NCBI GenBank assembly: GCA_964016885.1
Contig: OZ024759.1
Span: 17,112,001 to 17,176,000, forward strand
DNA length: 64,000 bases
Source: Eledone cirrhosa
Taxonomy: Eukaryota
Direction: 5' to 3'
Part shown: positions 1 to 14,209 of the stretch, piece by piece
How the letters are laid out: the number at the start of each line of letters is the position of its first letter
Position numbering within the stretch: position 1 is the first letter of the stretch
Position numbers and translations under genes: made by a program
The notes under the pieces: generated by a model
Seen by the model: the letters and a program-made list of their open reading frames with translations, nothing else
Database searches by the model: none
What the model was told of the DNA's origin: nothing

Positions 1-27
1 TGTCACTATCTGTAAAACAACTTTTAT

Positions 28-87
28 ATTTTATCTGATGAGTGCGTATCAAAAATGTTGGTACTCTTGAAATATATATAATAAAAT
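28..87 (+). ncRNA. Type I hammerhead ribozyme motif
   Basis: ATTTTAT-CTGATGA-[stem II with GTATCAA/TTGGTAC]-GAAA-TATATA-T-A-ATAAAAT: 7-bp stem I and palindromic stem III. The element ends in (TA)n at ~224. Related copy at 28405-28468. Confidence 0.7.
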
Positions 88-223
88 AAATATGGTTTTA
101 TAAAGATAGTTTCCATTTATTAATACTTTTGATATTATACTTCAGAAGAAATACTGTAGAGTGCTTCTAAACTGTTATAAACTAATTTTGTTGAATAACC
201 AACAAATTAAATAACTCATTGCT

Positions 224-271
<48 letters not shown>

Positions 272-362
272 ATATATATATATATTATATATATTATATA
301 TATATATATATATAATATATATATATTATATATATATATATATATATACATTATATATACAT

Positions 363-393
<31 letters not shown>

Positions 394-493
394 TATATAT
401 ATATATTATATATACATTATATATACATATTATATATATATTATATATATACATTATATATACATATTATATATATATCATATATACATATTC

Positions 494-3428
494 ATCATCA
501 TCATCATTGTTTAACGTCTATCTTCCACGCTAGCATGGGTATAGATGGGAATTGTCCGACGTGAGGCAAGATTGGTTGTCTTGCTCGTATAGGACTGTCT
601 GGCGGGTTTTCTACGGCTGGATGCCCTTCCCAACACCAACCACGTTTACAGTGTAGTTTTTAGCATGTTACCTACATGGCCACATTACAGCGTGGACTGT
701 GTGTTTTTTTTTCATCACACCTACACAACCTCATTTATTTAGGACTGGATGTTGTGGTACCAACATAACTTTACAGAGAAAGGGGTGGTGTAGATGGGGG
801 TGAGGGTAGGGGTAGTGGGATGTGGGTGTATTTTTGGTTAAGAGGTGCCTACTGACTGTAGGTTTCGCTTTGTACTTAGGCAAGGTGGGTCTTCTGTATT
901 ACTGCGTAGCGCCAAAGGTCCAGTGACATTGTCTTGGAGAGGTGTAAGTGTGTAAGGTCGGAATTTATCAAATCGTCCCAGGTTTTTCTGGATCTGCCTA
1001 CTCTGTAGCTTCCATCTATTTTGGTCGCCCTGCACTTTTTTATACAGCTGTCGTCTTTCATGCGTATTACGTGACCATACCAACGTAGTCTTCTCTCGAG
1101 TAAACAGCATCTGATCCCTCTTATTCCTAATTTCTCACTTAGTTCATTTATGCTTTGCCGTTCACGCATATTACTATTACACATCCAACGGAACATGCAA
1201 GCTTCGTTCCTCTCCAGTCTGCGCAGATCCTCTGCACACAATGCCCATGTCTCACTGCCATGTAACATTGCTGTTCGTATGCAAGCATCATACAGTCTGC
1301 CTTTCATTTTTAGAGAGAAACCTTTAGCAGCCAATAATGGTATAAGCTCTCTGAACGTTTTCCATCCCGTTCTGACTCTAGCTACTGTACTTTCAGAGCA
1401 CCCTCCACCACTGCTGATTTTGTCACCCAGGTAACGGAAGGTGTCCACTATTTCTATAGAACCATCTGGGCAATGGAAGGAGCTAGTATTCTGTGGGCAC
1501 TTGCTACTACTTATTGCACCTGAGCACCGGAGCACCGGTCACATATAAAATCTATGTTCTTAGTTAGCTTACCTGTGATCCCACTACATCTTTTATGCAC
1601 CCATACTTTGCATTTGGGACATAAAATGGAGTTTCTGCCTACTCCTTTACTACACACTGAGCATGACCATTTCCCAGAGGGGACCAGTGCCCCATTTTCC
1701 TTCCTACATACTAGAACTTTAGTCTTAGACAAGTTAATTTTAAGGCCTTTTGATTCTCGACCATGCTTCCATGTTTGGAATTTCTTCTCTATTTCAGCCA
1801 TTGATTCAGCTATGAGCATTAGATCATCTGCGTATAGAAGTTCCTATGTGCAGCCGGTCTTGAACTCCTCTGTTATAGCCTGGAGGGCAATAATAAATAG
1901 GAGGGGGTTAAGGACAGAGCCCTGATGAACACCAACTTTTATGCTAAATTCTTCACTATATTTGTTGTTAATTCTAACCTTGGTGACTGTTTCTTTATAC
2001 ATGGCTTGTATAGATCTCACAAGCCATTCATCAACACCTAATTTTCTAAGAGCCCACCAGATAATGGAGCGGGGGACTTTGTCAAAGGCTTTCTCCAAGT
2101 CAACAAAAGCTAAGTATAGGGGTTTACTTTTAGCTAGGTACTTCTCCTGTAGTTGTCGTACAAGGAAAAGAGTGTCTGTGGTACTTTTACCTGACACAAA
2201 CCCAAACTGCATTTCATCTAGATCAATTCGCTCTAACTTTTTCACTCTAACAATTCACTATAACTTTTTCTGTGAACTTCATGACCTGGTCAATTAATTT
2301 AATGCCTCTATAGTTTACCCTATCTAGGGCATCTCCTTTACCCTTGTAGCAGTTAATGATGATGCTGCTATGCCAGTCATTTGGTATGACCCCATTCTGT
2401 ATGACTTGGTTTACTATCCGGGTGACCATAGTGTGTCCCACTGATCCAGATGCTTTCAGCATTTCAGCATTTCAGCATTTCAGCAACTGTCTCCGAAGGC
2501 CCAGCTGCTTTGCCTGTCTTCATATCTTTGATTGCCTTACTTATTATACTATCTTCAACTTGCACTGCTGGTCCCTCTATTGGATCTATTTTCCCCACTT
2601 ATTCTCCTCAGTTAGTAGCCACTCATAGCCGCACTTCCAAGCTATCTTCTTATCAGTATCAGTGATGGGAAGTATACCATCATCATTACGGACACACTTC
2701 TCCTCAACAATATCACAGTTTTCCTTGACACATTGTCTAGCAATCCTGAACACCTCACGTTTTTGGTCCTCACGTTGTAGAACATGCTTGAACTTTCTTT
2801 CCTCTGCTTCCCTTCTTGCAAGGTACACTTGTCTCCTAGCTTCTCTCCTGGCCACTTGATAGTGTTCTCTAATTCCCCCATGCCGCCATACTTTCCAAGC
2901 TTGCTTTTTGGCCTTGATTGACTCCTCCACCTTACTGTTACACCACCATGTTACTCTCCTCCTGCCTATAGGTCTGCTCCAGCCACAGATTTCATCTGTC
3001 GCCTTCAGCAGGTTAACTTTCAGGAATTCCCACTGTTCCTCTATACTGTACGACTCTAAATGCTCTTCCTTACTGTCAAAAGCATCAAGTAATATGCTTT
3101 TAAATTTGTTACTGGCTGTGGGGTCCTTTAACTTCCATAGTCTTCTTCTCAGGGTAGTCCTCCTCTGTTGTCGAGTACGTCTCGTCCTAACTATGGGGTC
3201 ACTAATTATGAGGCTATGTTGGGAGGTGCATTCTTCGTGGGGGAGGGATTTAGTGTTTACAACAGACTCTTTGTCACGTCTTCTGGTAAGGATATATTCT
3301 ATCTGACTGGCATGTTCCCCTGATATGTAGGTGATCAAGTGATTGTCTTGTTTTTTGAAGTTTGTGTTACAGATAGTTAGGTTATTCGCATCACAGAATT
3401 CCAGGATTCTGAAACCTTCCTCATTTCT

Positions 3429-3430
<2 letters not shown>
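494..3430 (-). mobile_element. RTE-clade LINE, 5'-truncated and frameshifted (APE C-terminal part, RT, Cys-rich insert, 3'UTR, (GAT)n tail)
   Basis: Motifs across frames: TYISGEHASQIEYIL, NYRGIKLIDQVMK, QFGFVSGKSTTD, FVDLEKAFDKVPR, GVHQGSVLNPLLF, LLYADDL, CSVCSKGVGRNSILCPKCKVWVHKRC, RRLRWYGHVIR. Stops and frameshifts present. 3' tail GTTAAACAATGATGATGATG. Confidence 0.93.
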
Positions 3431-4295
<865 letters not shown>

Positions 4296-5581
4296 CATTG
4301 ATCACTGTAGCAATTTATCTGTGCCCTCAGCTGTGAATTTTAGTTTTAGGATGGTTAGGATTTTTGAATTTAATACCTGTATGTAGAGCTTTTCAATTCC
4401 AATTATTTGCATCAAGCTAACTTTGATATGTAAAATTGGGAGCTTTGCAGTGTATTCTAATTTTTTGTGTATGATGCCCCCCCCCCCAAACCTGAAGTAC
4501 CCCAGTGACCCCCAAGGTCTTAATCCAATCCTGGGATCATCATAAGGCAGGCTGCACTACTAAAACATTCAAGGCAATTTTGAAATTAGGCATGCCATTC
4601 AGGAAGCCAAATGGGCTGCATGCAGTTGATAGGTTGCATGTGGCTCATGGGTTGCAGATTGACGATGGCTGCTCTACACCTAGGTGAGAGTGGTGTTTCA
4701 AGTGTGCCCTGCCGATAAAATGGCAAAGGTATTTCCACAGACAATGAGTAGCGAAACCCGCTGCAACAGCCACCCTATTTGCGTGGCTACTTCCTCAGAC
4801 GGGCTGCTGTCGTTTCGATTTTATGGAGGAGGTCAGCTGAATAGGTGGCACAAACATAACATTTTAGCCCTTCCAAGGACTTACATTCAGCTATGTTCAT
4901 GCAACAGAAGTGAAAATCGTTTAGATCAAGTGATGCCTGTGCTTAAAACTTTATCCAGTGAAGAAAAGTCTTGCACTTGACGAATCCCACTCACTGAACA
5001 ATGGTGACATGTAGACTTCCAAAAAGAAGAACAGATCAATATCATTGGCTGCCATTGTGTCGCAGGTTTTACATCAGAGTTTTCCTTCTCCTTGAGTGAT
5101 GTCCTAACAAGAACTAGGGGTCTCTCAATCCTGATGGGCTAACTGCGCACACAGGTACCAAAAGGAGTATTTCCATGTCCCCAAGCATACATACATACAC
5201 ATATACACACACACACACACACACGCATACATACGTACATGATGGCTGCCCCCTCGTTATCGAGTATGGCCATTGCACGATATACCATTATTAGTAATTA
5301 TTAATTAATTCTATCGTGCAATGCCTGTGCGTGAAGATATTTTTTAAAGTGAGGAAAGACTGCACTGAGCCAATCCCACTCTCTCAGCGACAGTAGCTAT
5401 AACCCGAAAAGAAGAAAAGATCAACATCATCGGTAACTACTGAGCCGCAGGTTTTATATCGGAGTGATCCCAGTTTCCTGAGTTGCCTCTCCTAGAAGAA
5501 TACCCTGACAAAGGCATACATACATACATACATACATACATACATACATACATACATACATACATACATACATACATACAT

Positions 5582-5962
5582 AATTGTTTCTACTATTGGC
5601 ACAATGCCAGCAATTATCCCAGTGCATTACTGGTACTTTATTTTATCGACCTCGTAAGGATGAAAGGCAAAGTTAACCTCGGCGGGATTTGAACTCAGAA
5701 TGGCAAGTGCCGTAACTCTATGCGTCAAAGCATGGCGTCCGACCCTCTACCGATACTGCCAATTCACATACATACATACATAATTGTTTCTACTTTAGGC
5801 ACAAGGCCAGCAATTACCCAGTGCATTACTGGTACTTTATTTTATCGACCCCGTAAGGATGAAAGGCAAAGTCAACCTCGGCGGGATTTGAACTCAGACC
5901 GCAAAGGGACGTAACTATGCTGGAAAGCATGGCGTCCGACTCTCTACCGAAACTGCCAATCC
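5582..5962 (-). mobile_element. Two tandem tRNA-derived SINE copies
   Basis: Minus strand: A-box-like TGGCAGTATCGG, B-box GAGTTCAAATCC, central GCCTTTCATCCTTACGGGGTCGATAAAA, 3' end AGTAGAAACAATT. About 20 copies in the window. Confidence 0.88.
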
Positions 5963-6160
5963 ACATATATACATAATGGCCTCAAATCGGGCGCTGGGAC
6001 ATAATTACCTGGCGCCCGATGAGAAGTCAGTATTGAATCAGCTCCTCCACTATACATTGATGACCATAACTCGATCTCGAAACCTAAAGTGTTAAGTCTA
6101 TGAAATTTTAGTTATACTAAATAAGCTCTATTGCAATCATTTGTTCACTTGACTTTTTAT

Positions 6161-6171
6161 CTATGGATATC
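6161..6171 (-). CDS. Possible terminal coding exon of the lectin/PAN gene (R-Y-P-stop)
   Basis: Acceptor tctttgcag|GATATCCATAG is phase-1 compatible with the exon ending at 9155. Very short, so weak support. Confidence 0.3.
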
Positions 6172-6601
6172 CTGCAAAGATTGCAAGGACGATAACTCTT
6201 AAAACTTATTGCGCGGGCTATCATTTCAAGGGAGATAATACTAGATATACTGTTGTACTAGACCTGCTAAACATAGCAGCCAAACAATACTATTCATTCA
6301 GAAAAAAGAAGAACACTGTGGTTATGTTATAAACAATCATCATTATCATCCCCATCACCGTCACCACCACCACCACCACTACCACCATCATCATTATTAT
6401 TCTATTATTAGATTATCAAAATCACCATCAACGTCATAGCTGTTATCATCACCACCATTTTCATCATACTCTTAGATCATCATCATCATCATCATCATCA
6501 TCGTCGTCGCCACCACCACCATCACCACTCGCGGTGGGTTAACTGCACGCTCGGGCACCAAACCGAGTATTCCCATGCCCACGCGTATACATACATGCAT
6601 G

Positions 6602-6639
<38 letters not shown>

Positions 6640-7006
6640 TACATAAATACATGATGATGATAATGGCCGCAACGCGATTTTGAGCAATGCTCTCGGTTGA
6701 TACTTAAGTATGAACAGCACGAAGGTGGCTTTTTAGTCCTGCTAGGGACTTGCCTACCCCTAAACATGACATGCAACGCAAAAGATGTTACATTTTTAAG
6801 TGAAGAAAGGCTTCTCACGGAGTGAATCCAACTCTCTGAACATCAAATGCATTTACCCAAAAAGAAGAACTGATCTACATCATTGGATGCAAACGAAGTT
6901 GCAGATTTTATATCAGAGTGACCTTCTCCTATAATGATGACTAGGGTTCTCTCACTCCACTGTTCCCCTAAAAAATACACACACACACACACATACATAC
7001 ATATAC

Positions 7007-7696
7007 AGCAAGCTTGGTGGGGATTCCGGTTTAGTCGCCGACGTCCCGACTATGCGACAGGTTGTACTGGGTTACATGTTACTAGTAGCACCCAGGAGCT
7101 GTTCCCCTAAAACACACACACACACACACAGACACACGCACATACATACATGGTGGCTGCCAACTCGTTTTCGAGTACGGCCACTACTTTATATCCATGT
7201 AGGAGAACTCCTACCGATGCGCTGAACGAGTGTGACTTTTTAGTCCAGCCAGCGACTTGAAAACTCTGGTACAAACACTACACTTGTGACAATTATTGAC
7301 ACATAGTGCTAGACCCATGGTACCATGTGACGACAAGTGCAGAGAGATCTCCAGATATAAAGCAATGCCTGTGCCGTGAAGCTTTTATAGTGAGCAAAGG
7401 CACTGCACAAAGCCAGTCCCACTCTCTTAACCAAGATGATATTTACCAAAAAGAAGAACAAGTCAACATCATTGGATACCATCAGGGTTGCAGGTGTTAT
7501 ATCAGAATTTTCCTTCTCCTAGAATTCTGCCTTGACAAAGGCTAAGGGGGTCATCTCTCCCGGTGATTTTGGATGGCCATTGACTCTTAAGAGCTCCTTT
7601 GCCCTTTGACAGGTTTTGTTTTTAGTCCTGCAATATGTCCAAAGTCACCCTATACATACATACATACATACATACATACATACATACATACATACA

Positions 7697-7730
<34 letters not shown>

Positions 7731-7830
7731 GCAAGCTTGGTGGGATTGCCGGTTTAGTCGCCGACCCCCCGACCATGCGACAGGTTGCACTGGGTTACAT
7801 GTTACCAGTAGCACCCAAGAGTGACCTGAC
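7007..7830 (-). mobile_element. (CATA)n-associated interspersed repeat, ~500-bp unit plus ~100-bp module (RTE 5'UTR-like / SINE-like)
   Basis: 7152-7650 is near-identical to 54441-54940 and 54994-55490. The module at 7007-7095 and 7727-7830 recurs at 55565-55660. Diverged pieces at ~5000-5515, ~6670-6930, ~19997-20175 and ~43300-43520. Confidence 0.75.
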
Positions 7831-7849
7831 ATGAATAAATACATACATA

Positions 7850-8677
7850 CCAATTCACAGAGAAAGTGGTGCATGGGCACCTCAGAGGAAAAACACAGAC
7901 CATTGAGGAGATAAATCATTCAAAAAGCCTTGAAGGATATCTCTATGCAATACAGGAACAAGAAATTACTACCAAGCATTTGCCACACAAAAGAGGAGGG
8001 CCGTCAGTCGACATCAAATGTAGGCTATGTAAAGATCGAAGACGTTAGCCACATTATTGCCAACTGTGAAAGAATGTCGTTTCTTTACCACCTCCCTATG
8101 AGACATGATGTGATAGCTAGAGGCATCCGAAACGCAATAAGGAAAAAGAAATTATAAACAAATGAGGAGGTATATGTTGAGACAGATGGCACTAAGGAAT
8201 ACTGGTAGAACCTGAAAACAAAAACTGCCACCAAATTAAAGCTCAACCGGCCTGATATTGTTGTTTGGGACCACACATTGAAAACGTGTTCTGTTGTAGA
8301 GATCAGCTGCCCACTTGATGTCAACGTTGTAAGAAAAATACAAGAGAAGGAGGACATCTACAGACCATTGATGAGGAGTTTGCAGATCCAGTATCCAAGA
8401 TACACCTTCAGCTTCATACTCATCATTATTGGAGCTACATGTTATATACCAACCAGCTTGAACCAAAGTATGACTGAACTTGGATTTGTGGACAAAGAGC
8501 GCAGCTCCCTAATTCATAGTCTATAAATGGCTGCGATAGCTGGCACCTTAAAAGTTTGCAAAACATTCTTGCGATTCAAGGGATGCCAATTTCTTTTCTT
8601 TTACAACCTTGCCACCAGGAAGGTGGCCGGTCAAAAATGTACTCGGAATTAAGAGAAAGAGAGTAACAAACAAACAT
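7850..8677 (+). mobile_element. R4-like (RLE endonuclease) non-LTR retrotransposon, 3' fragment, degenerate
   Basis: LEGYLYAIQEQEITTK, CRLC...SHIIANC (CCHC), RHD, NRPDIVVWD...VEISCPLD...K, IIIGA. Frameshifts and stops. Ends in (CA)/(CATA) repeats. Confidence 0.85.
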
Positions 8678-8785
8678 ACACACATACATATACACACATA
8701 CATACATACATACATACGTACTCGGAATTAAGAGAAAGAGAGTAACAAACAAACATACACACATACATACATATACACACATACA

Positions 8786-8817
<32 letters not shown>

Positions 8818-8868
8818 CACACACACACACACACATACATACATACATACATACATACATACATACAT

Positions 8869-8915
<47 letters not shown>

Positions 8916-8969
8916 TACGTACTCGGAATTAAGAGAAAGAGAGTAACAAACAAACATACACACATACAT

Positions 8970-9004
<35 letters not shown>

Positions 9005-9154
9005 TACATACACACATACATACATATACACACACACACACACATACATACACACATACATACATACATTTGCCTAACGCTTTAGCCAGTCTGCCCCCCC
9101 CCCACCCCACAACAACCTTAATGCAAACATAAGGAATAAGAAATACTAAAATAC

Positions 9155-9361
9155 TATTACAATCTAAGTCTTTTTTCGTGTTCATCAAATACGATATTGT
9201 TCCATTTGCATTGAAGTTCCTACATCCAATTGTATCGTTGAAAACCCATCCAATACAGTTCACGTCTAGACAACAATCATCGGAGCATTCGGTTTCCTTA
9301 TTAGCATTCGTCACCGTAAAGTTAGCTGCTGTGTAGGATTTATTATACGTGCAGGGGTAAA
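9155..9361 (-). CDS. Coding exon 4: PAN/apple-like Cys module
   Basis: Acceptor atttatttcag|, donor |gtattt, 207 nt, phase 1-1. (V)YPCTYNKSYTAANFTVTNANKETECSDDCCLDVNCIGWVFNDTIGCRNFNANGTISYLMNTKKDLDCN has PAN-like C-x3-C-x4/5-C-x2-W-x-F spacing. Confidence 0.72.
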
Positions 9362-9748
9362 CTGAAATAAATGTAGAATAAATAAATGTAGAGCAAGTTG
9401 TTATGTTTTTGATATAATCGTGAGGGATGGGGAGAGCGAAAGAGACGGAGGCAGTGAATGAAAGAGAGAGAACCTCAACGCACACACGCACATGATAAGA
9501 TATTTATAAATTAGTATCTAACATAATTAAAATGAGTTGGTTTCAAGCAGGAACATATCCTGGCTTATGAACTAAATAAATTATAATTTATATATTTATA
9601 TAACGTTAATTTTTCCATGCAAGCTTGGGTTAGACAGTTGTCCTATTTGAGACAAGTCAGTTCAGGTGACCGTGTCTTGCTCATACAGAACTGTTTCTGG
9701 ATGGGTTTCTATGGCTGAACGCCCTTCCTCATGCAAACCACATTTACA

Positions 9749-9829
<81 letters not shown>

Positions 9830-9834
9830 CAGTT

Positions 9835-9913
9835 CCTGCTATATCAAGCGTTAACCTAATATATCCCTTCCATATACTGTACACCGATTGTGTTGTTATT
9901 TCTGTTTACCTTT

Positions 9914-9995
<82 letters not shown>

Positions 9996-10071
9996 AAAGG
10001 TAAACAGAAATAACAACACAATCGGTGCAGTATATGGAAGGTATATACTAGGTTAACGCTTGATATAGCAG
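9835..10071. repeat. Inverted repeat (~85-bp arms) enclosing a (TA)n tract, continuous with an HHR-bearing element
   Basis: CCTGCTATATCAAGCGTTAACC...CCTTTTACATAC / GTATGTAAAAGG...GGTTAACGCTTGATATAGCAGG. Confidence 0.85.
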
Positions 10072-10079
10072 GGAGAGGG

Positions 10080-10115
10080 TCTTAACGTTTCGGACGTTAG
10101 TCTTTCATCAGAAGA
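10080..10115 (-). ncRNA. Minimal type I hammerhead ribozyme motif
   Basis: TCTT-CTGATGA-AAGAC-TAAC-GTCC-GAAA-CG-T-T-AAGA. The loopless palindromic stem III (ACGT) can only form in a dimer. Confidence 0.72.
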
Positions 10116-10264
10116 AAGAATGAGAAATAAGATAGATTGAGGGGACGGGCGGGTTGGAATTGGAAAAAAATGTCTTTAGATAAAAATATCAGGTCCATTC
10201 ATGTTGACATCTCTTGCAAAAATGTTGGTGCTGGCGTTTTGTGTATGATTTATTTTTTAGAAAA

Positions 10265-10822
<558 letters not shown>

Positions 10823-10829
10823 ATGTTGC

Positions 10830-11505
10830 TCTCTGAGGCACAGGCCTTTGCAAGGTGTTTTTCTAGATACCCAGCAATTACCCGCCCATACCAGTTTCCC
10901 CTCTCTGCGCCACTGATCTTGTCAAAGGGAAAGATAAAAGCTGATACGGCTTAGCTCCAATGACACCGCAACGCTTTTCTACAGCTGAGTGAACTGGAAC
11001 AATGTGAAATAAAATATCTTGCTCAAGGATACAAGGTATCGCCTGGTGCAGGAATCGAATTCATAACCTCACGATTGTAAGTCCAACACTCCAACCCAGC
11101 GTTTCTCAACCCTTTTACCCTTGTGCTGTCCTTGAAATAGTTTAAATGTCTCAGAGAACCCCCGCATAAAAAAATATTATATACCCTTATTAATATTCAT
11201 ATCCTTTAGATGTTGAAGTCTTTATTATAATAACCAACGGTTTTTCAAATATATTGGGTGGTCAAGTATGAAATTTGTAGAAATTTGTTTTTTTTTCTAT
11301 AAATCTCTACAAATTTCATACTTGATTATCCAATATTCCGTACACGTATAAGTAAAATTTCGAATATAAAATTAAGCAAAAATTACTCAAAAATACATTA
11401 GCTTATTTATTACTGTTTCTAGCGGAACCCCTAGCGACCTCTTGCTGAATCCTGGGGTACCAGAGAACAACGGTTGAAAAACACTGCTCTAATCACTAAG
11501 CCACA
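10830..11505 (-). mobile_element. tRNA-derived SINE (second family) interrupted by a hAT MITE
   Basis: Head GTGGCTTAGTGATTAGAG (11487-11504) continues ...TGTTGGACTTACAATCGTGAGG...AATTCGATTCC. Body CCTTGAGCAAG...CCAGTTCACTCAGCTG. Relative at 36230-36525. Confidence 0.65.
11097..11486. mobile_element. hAT-type MITE
   Basis: TIRs CAGCGTTTCTCAACC / GGTTGAAAAACACTG. Imperfect 8-bp TSD ctccaacc / ctctaatc. Confidence 0.8.
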
Positions 11506-11579
11506 AATCTTCACATATTAATTAGTACATTTGAAATAGTAGTACATTTGAAATACAAAAACAAGTACTGCAATCATAC

Positions 11580-11698
11580 CTTTTTTACAGACAACCAAAT
11601 TCTTCCTTTCGCAAGATTGAGAAACACACTGATTGCTTCGCATGACGCTACATTTGTCCACTTCGTTACATGCGTTTTCTTTTATCCAGTAACCAATG
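11580..11698 (-). CDS. Coding exon 3: C-terminal half of C-type-lectin-like domain
   Basis: Acceptor ttcttttacag|, donor AAG|gtatga, 119 nt, phase 2-1. IGYWIKENACNEVDKCSVMRSNQCVSQSCERKNLVVCKK. Confidence 0.78.
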
Positions 11699-12840
11699 CT
11701 GTAAAAGAACAAAACAAACAAACAAGTATTGAAATCATACCTTTTTTGGCATGGCATATTCCCGTAACTCCCGTTTCTAAGATATTTCTTAAACCTGGCG
11801 CAGCCCATCAGGTCTGAATACAGCAGATTTCTTCCAGAAAATGATTGAGAGAATGAGGGAATAGAAGTGAGGAAAAATCGACTCCAGTACTAGACTGGTA
11901 CTTTTTTTATCGACCCCGAAAGGATGAAAGGTAAAGTTGACCTCGGCGGGATTTGAACTCAGAGAGTAGAGAACCAAAACGAATACCGCAAAGCATTCTA
12001 TCCGATTTTCTAACAACTCCGCACATGTTTAGCCTTCATAACCTTTTTTTTTTTTTTTTTTACAAATAATTCAATTCATATTTTTGCACAATTTAGAGAC
12101 ACATTCATTGTTTTGCCTGAGGCTACATTTATGCAGTTAGCAGTCGTATGTATTACTTCTTAAATAGTAACCAAAGGTGTTGTAACATATTTAAATTTCA
12201 TAAAAACTTGAATGAAGAAATACATTTGATGTATAGAGTATGAAAAGAAATAAAAACGAATGCAAAATTGGAACCTTGGTTCACGAATTTAATTCGTTCC
12301 TGAAGGTGGTTCATCACTCGAAATGTCCATAAACCGAAAATATTTTTCCTATACCAAATGTCGAGAGAGAGAGAGACTGTGGGTGAAAGGTATCACCATA
12401 ATAACTAATTCGACAAGTTTTCCCGCCGAGCTTGTCGTCCAAGCTTGTCGTCAACTATTGCTGCTGGCATGTGTGTTTGTTACTTGAGACAGCGCTCGCC
12501 ACCTGAAACATTTTATATTCGGAAAAATTGTTTGTGAAGCAATTTGTCAGTGATGAGAAGTATTTATTGTAGAGCTAGCCAAGAGTGTTAACCCTTTAGC
12601 ATTTATAAATTCCTAAATTTATAAATTTATTATAATAAATTGAAGTGAAAGCAACTGGTGCGTGTGTTTCTTATTGGCAATATGACCCTCCCAAAGTATA
12701 ACAATACATATTTTTATATATATATATAGTCCTGTAGAAGCCCTTCTATATATATATATATATGAACATATACATATATATATATGAATATATATATGTA
12801 TATATATATATGTATATATATATATGTATATCTATATATC

Positions 12841-12873
<33 letters not shown>

Positions 12874-12933
12874 GTATATATATGTATATATATATAGATG
12901 TGAGAAAAACCACAGACCCTCCATCTCAACTCA

Positions 12934-12971
12934 CCTTTTGAAAAGCAGAAGAACTGCGAAACCGGTAAAGG
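12934..12971 (+). ncRNA. Type I hammerhead motif with U3-A8 core variant
   Basis: CCTT-TTGAAAA-GCAG-AAGAA-CTGC-GAAA-CCGG-T-A-AAGG. Host element 12897-13108 has a second copy at 30780-30990 (-). Confidence 0.68.
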
Positions 12972-13131
12972 AACCAAATAAATATATATATTTTTTTAAA
13001 AAATAAGACTTCAGTTGCATTTTCGATTTCATCCCTTTTTCTTTATACTTCCACTCGTGTAGGACACCTCGGTTATTTTTCATTTTGTAAAAAAAACCTC
13101 ACTTTCTAATATATATATGTATATATATATA

Positions 13132-13306
13132 ACTGTTTCTACTTTAGGCACAAGGCCAGCAATTACCCAGTGCATTACTGGTACTTTATTTTATCGACCC
13201 CGTAAGGATGAAAGGCAAAGTCAACCTCGGCGGGATTTGAACTCAGATTGTAAAGGGACGTAACTATGCTGGAAAGCATGGCGTCCGACCCTCTACCGAT
13301 ACTGCC
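13132..13306 (-). mobile_element. tRNA-derived SINE
   Basis: Near-identical to 5781-5962. Confidence 0.88.
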
Positions 13307-13307
13307 T

Positions 13308-13595
13308 AACGGCGATGAATTAGTTTTGCGAGGTTTTTGATATGAAATCGTGTGTCGAAACAAATATTGTTATACTTGGGGAGGGTCATATTTGTGTAAT
13401 ATTGCCAGAATTAATAACAGAACACACTCACTGTTTGGTTGGTTTTCGCTTTACGCTTCTGTGTCTTTTATATCGGTAATCTAATTAATAAAAGACACAG
13501 AAGCGAAAAGCGAAAACCAACCAAACAGTGAGTGTGTTCTGTTATTAATTCTGGCAATATTACACAAATATGACCCTCCCCAAGTATAACAATAT
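13308..13595. mobile_element. Fold-back element (~100-bp inverted arms, 13365-13595) abutting (TA)n; family of 42670-43277 and 62143-62655
   Basis: TTGTTATACTTGGGGAGGGTCATATT... / ...AATATGACCCTCCCCAAGTATAACAA. 13308-13357 matches 43228-43277 in reverse. Confidence 0.8.
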
Positions 13596-13848
13596 ATATA
13601 TATATATATACATACATATATGTATATATATATATGTATATATATATGTATATATATATATACATATGTATATATATATGTATATATATATACATATATG
13701 TATATATATATACATATATGTATATATATATATGTATATATATATATACATATATGTATATATATATATATATACATATATGTATATATATATATATATA
13801 CATATATGTATATATATATGTGTATATATATATGTATATATATATATA

Positions 13849-13890
<42 letters not shown>

Positions 13891-13925
13891 TATATGAATA
13901 TATACATATATATATGAATATATAC

Positions 13926-13986
<61 letters not shown>

Positions 13987-14001
13987 TATATATATATACA
14001 G

Positions 14002-14063
<62 letters not shown>

Positions 14064-14079
14064 TATATATATATATACA

Positions 14080-14125
<46 letters not shown>

Positions 14126-14209
14126 AAAAAGTAAACGGAAAGAACAAAGCAAACAACATAGTAAATAGAAAAATATATTTGTTTAACGCGTGATACAGTA
14201 GGAAGAGAG

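Noticed and set aside
7306-7545. 79-aa ORF conserved in three copies (also 54596, 55146)
   Set aside because: Conservation reflects recent repeat copies. It starts at GTG and shows no recognisable domain.
8649-9491. 280-aa single-exon ORF
   Set aside because: Only 9361-9155 is exon-like; the rest is intron and microsatellite read-through.
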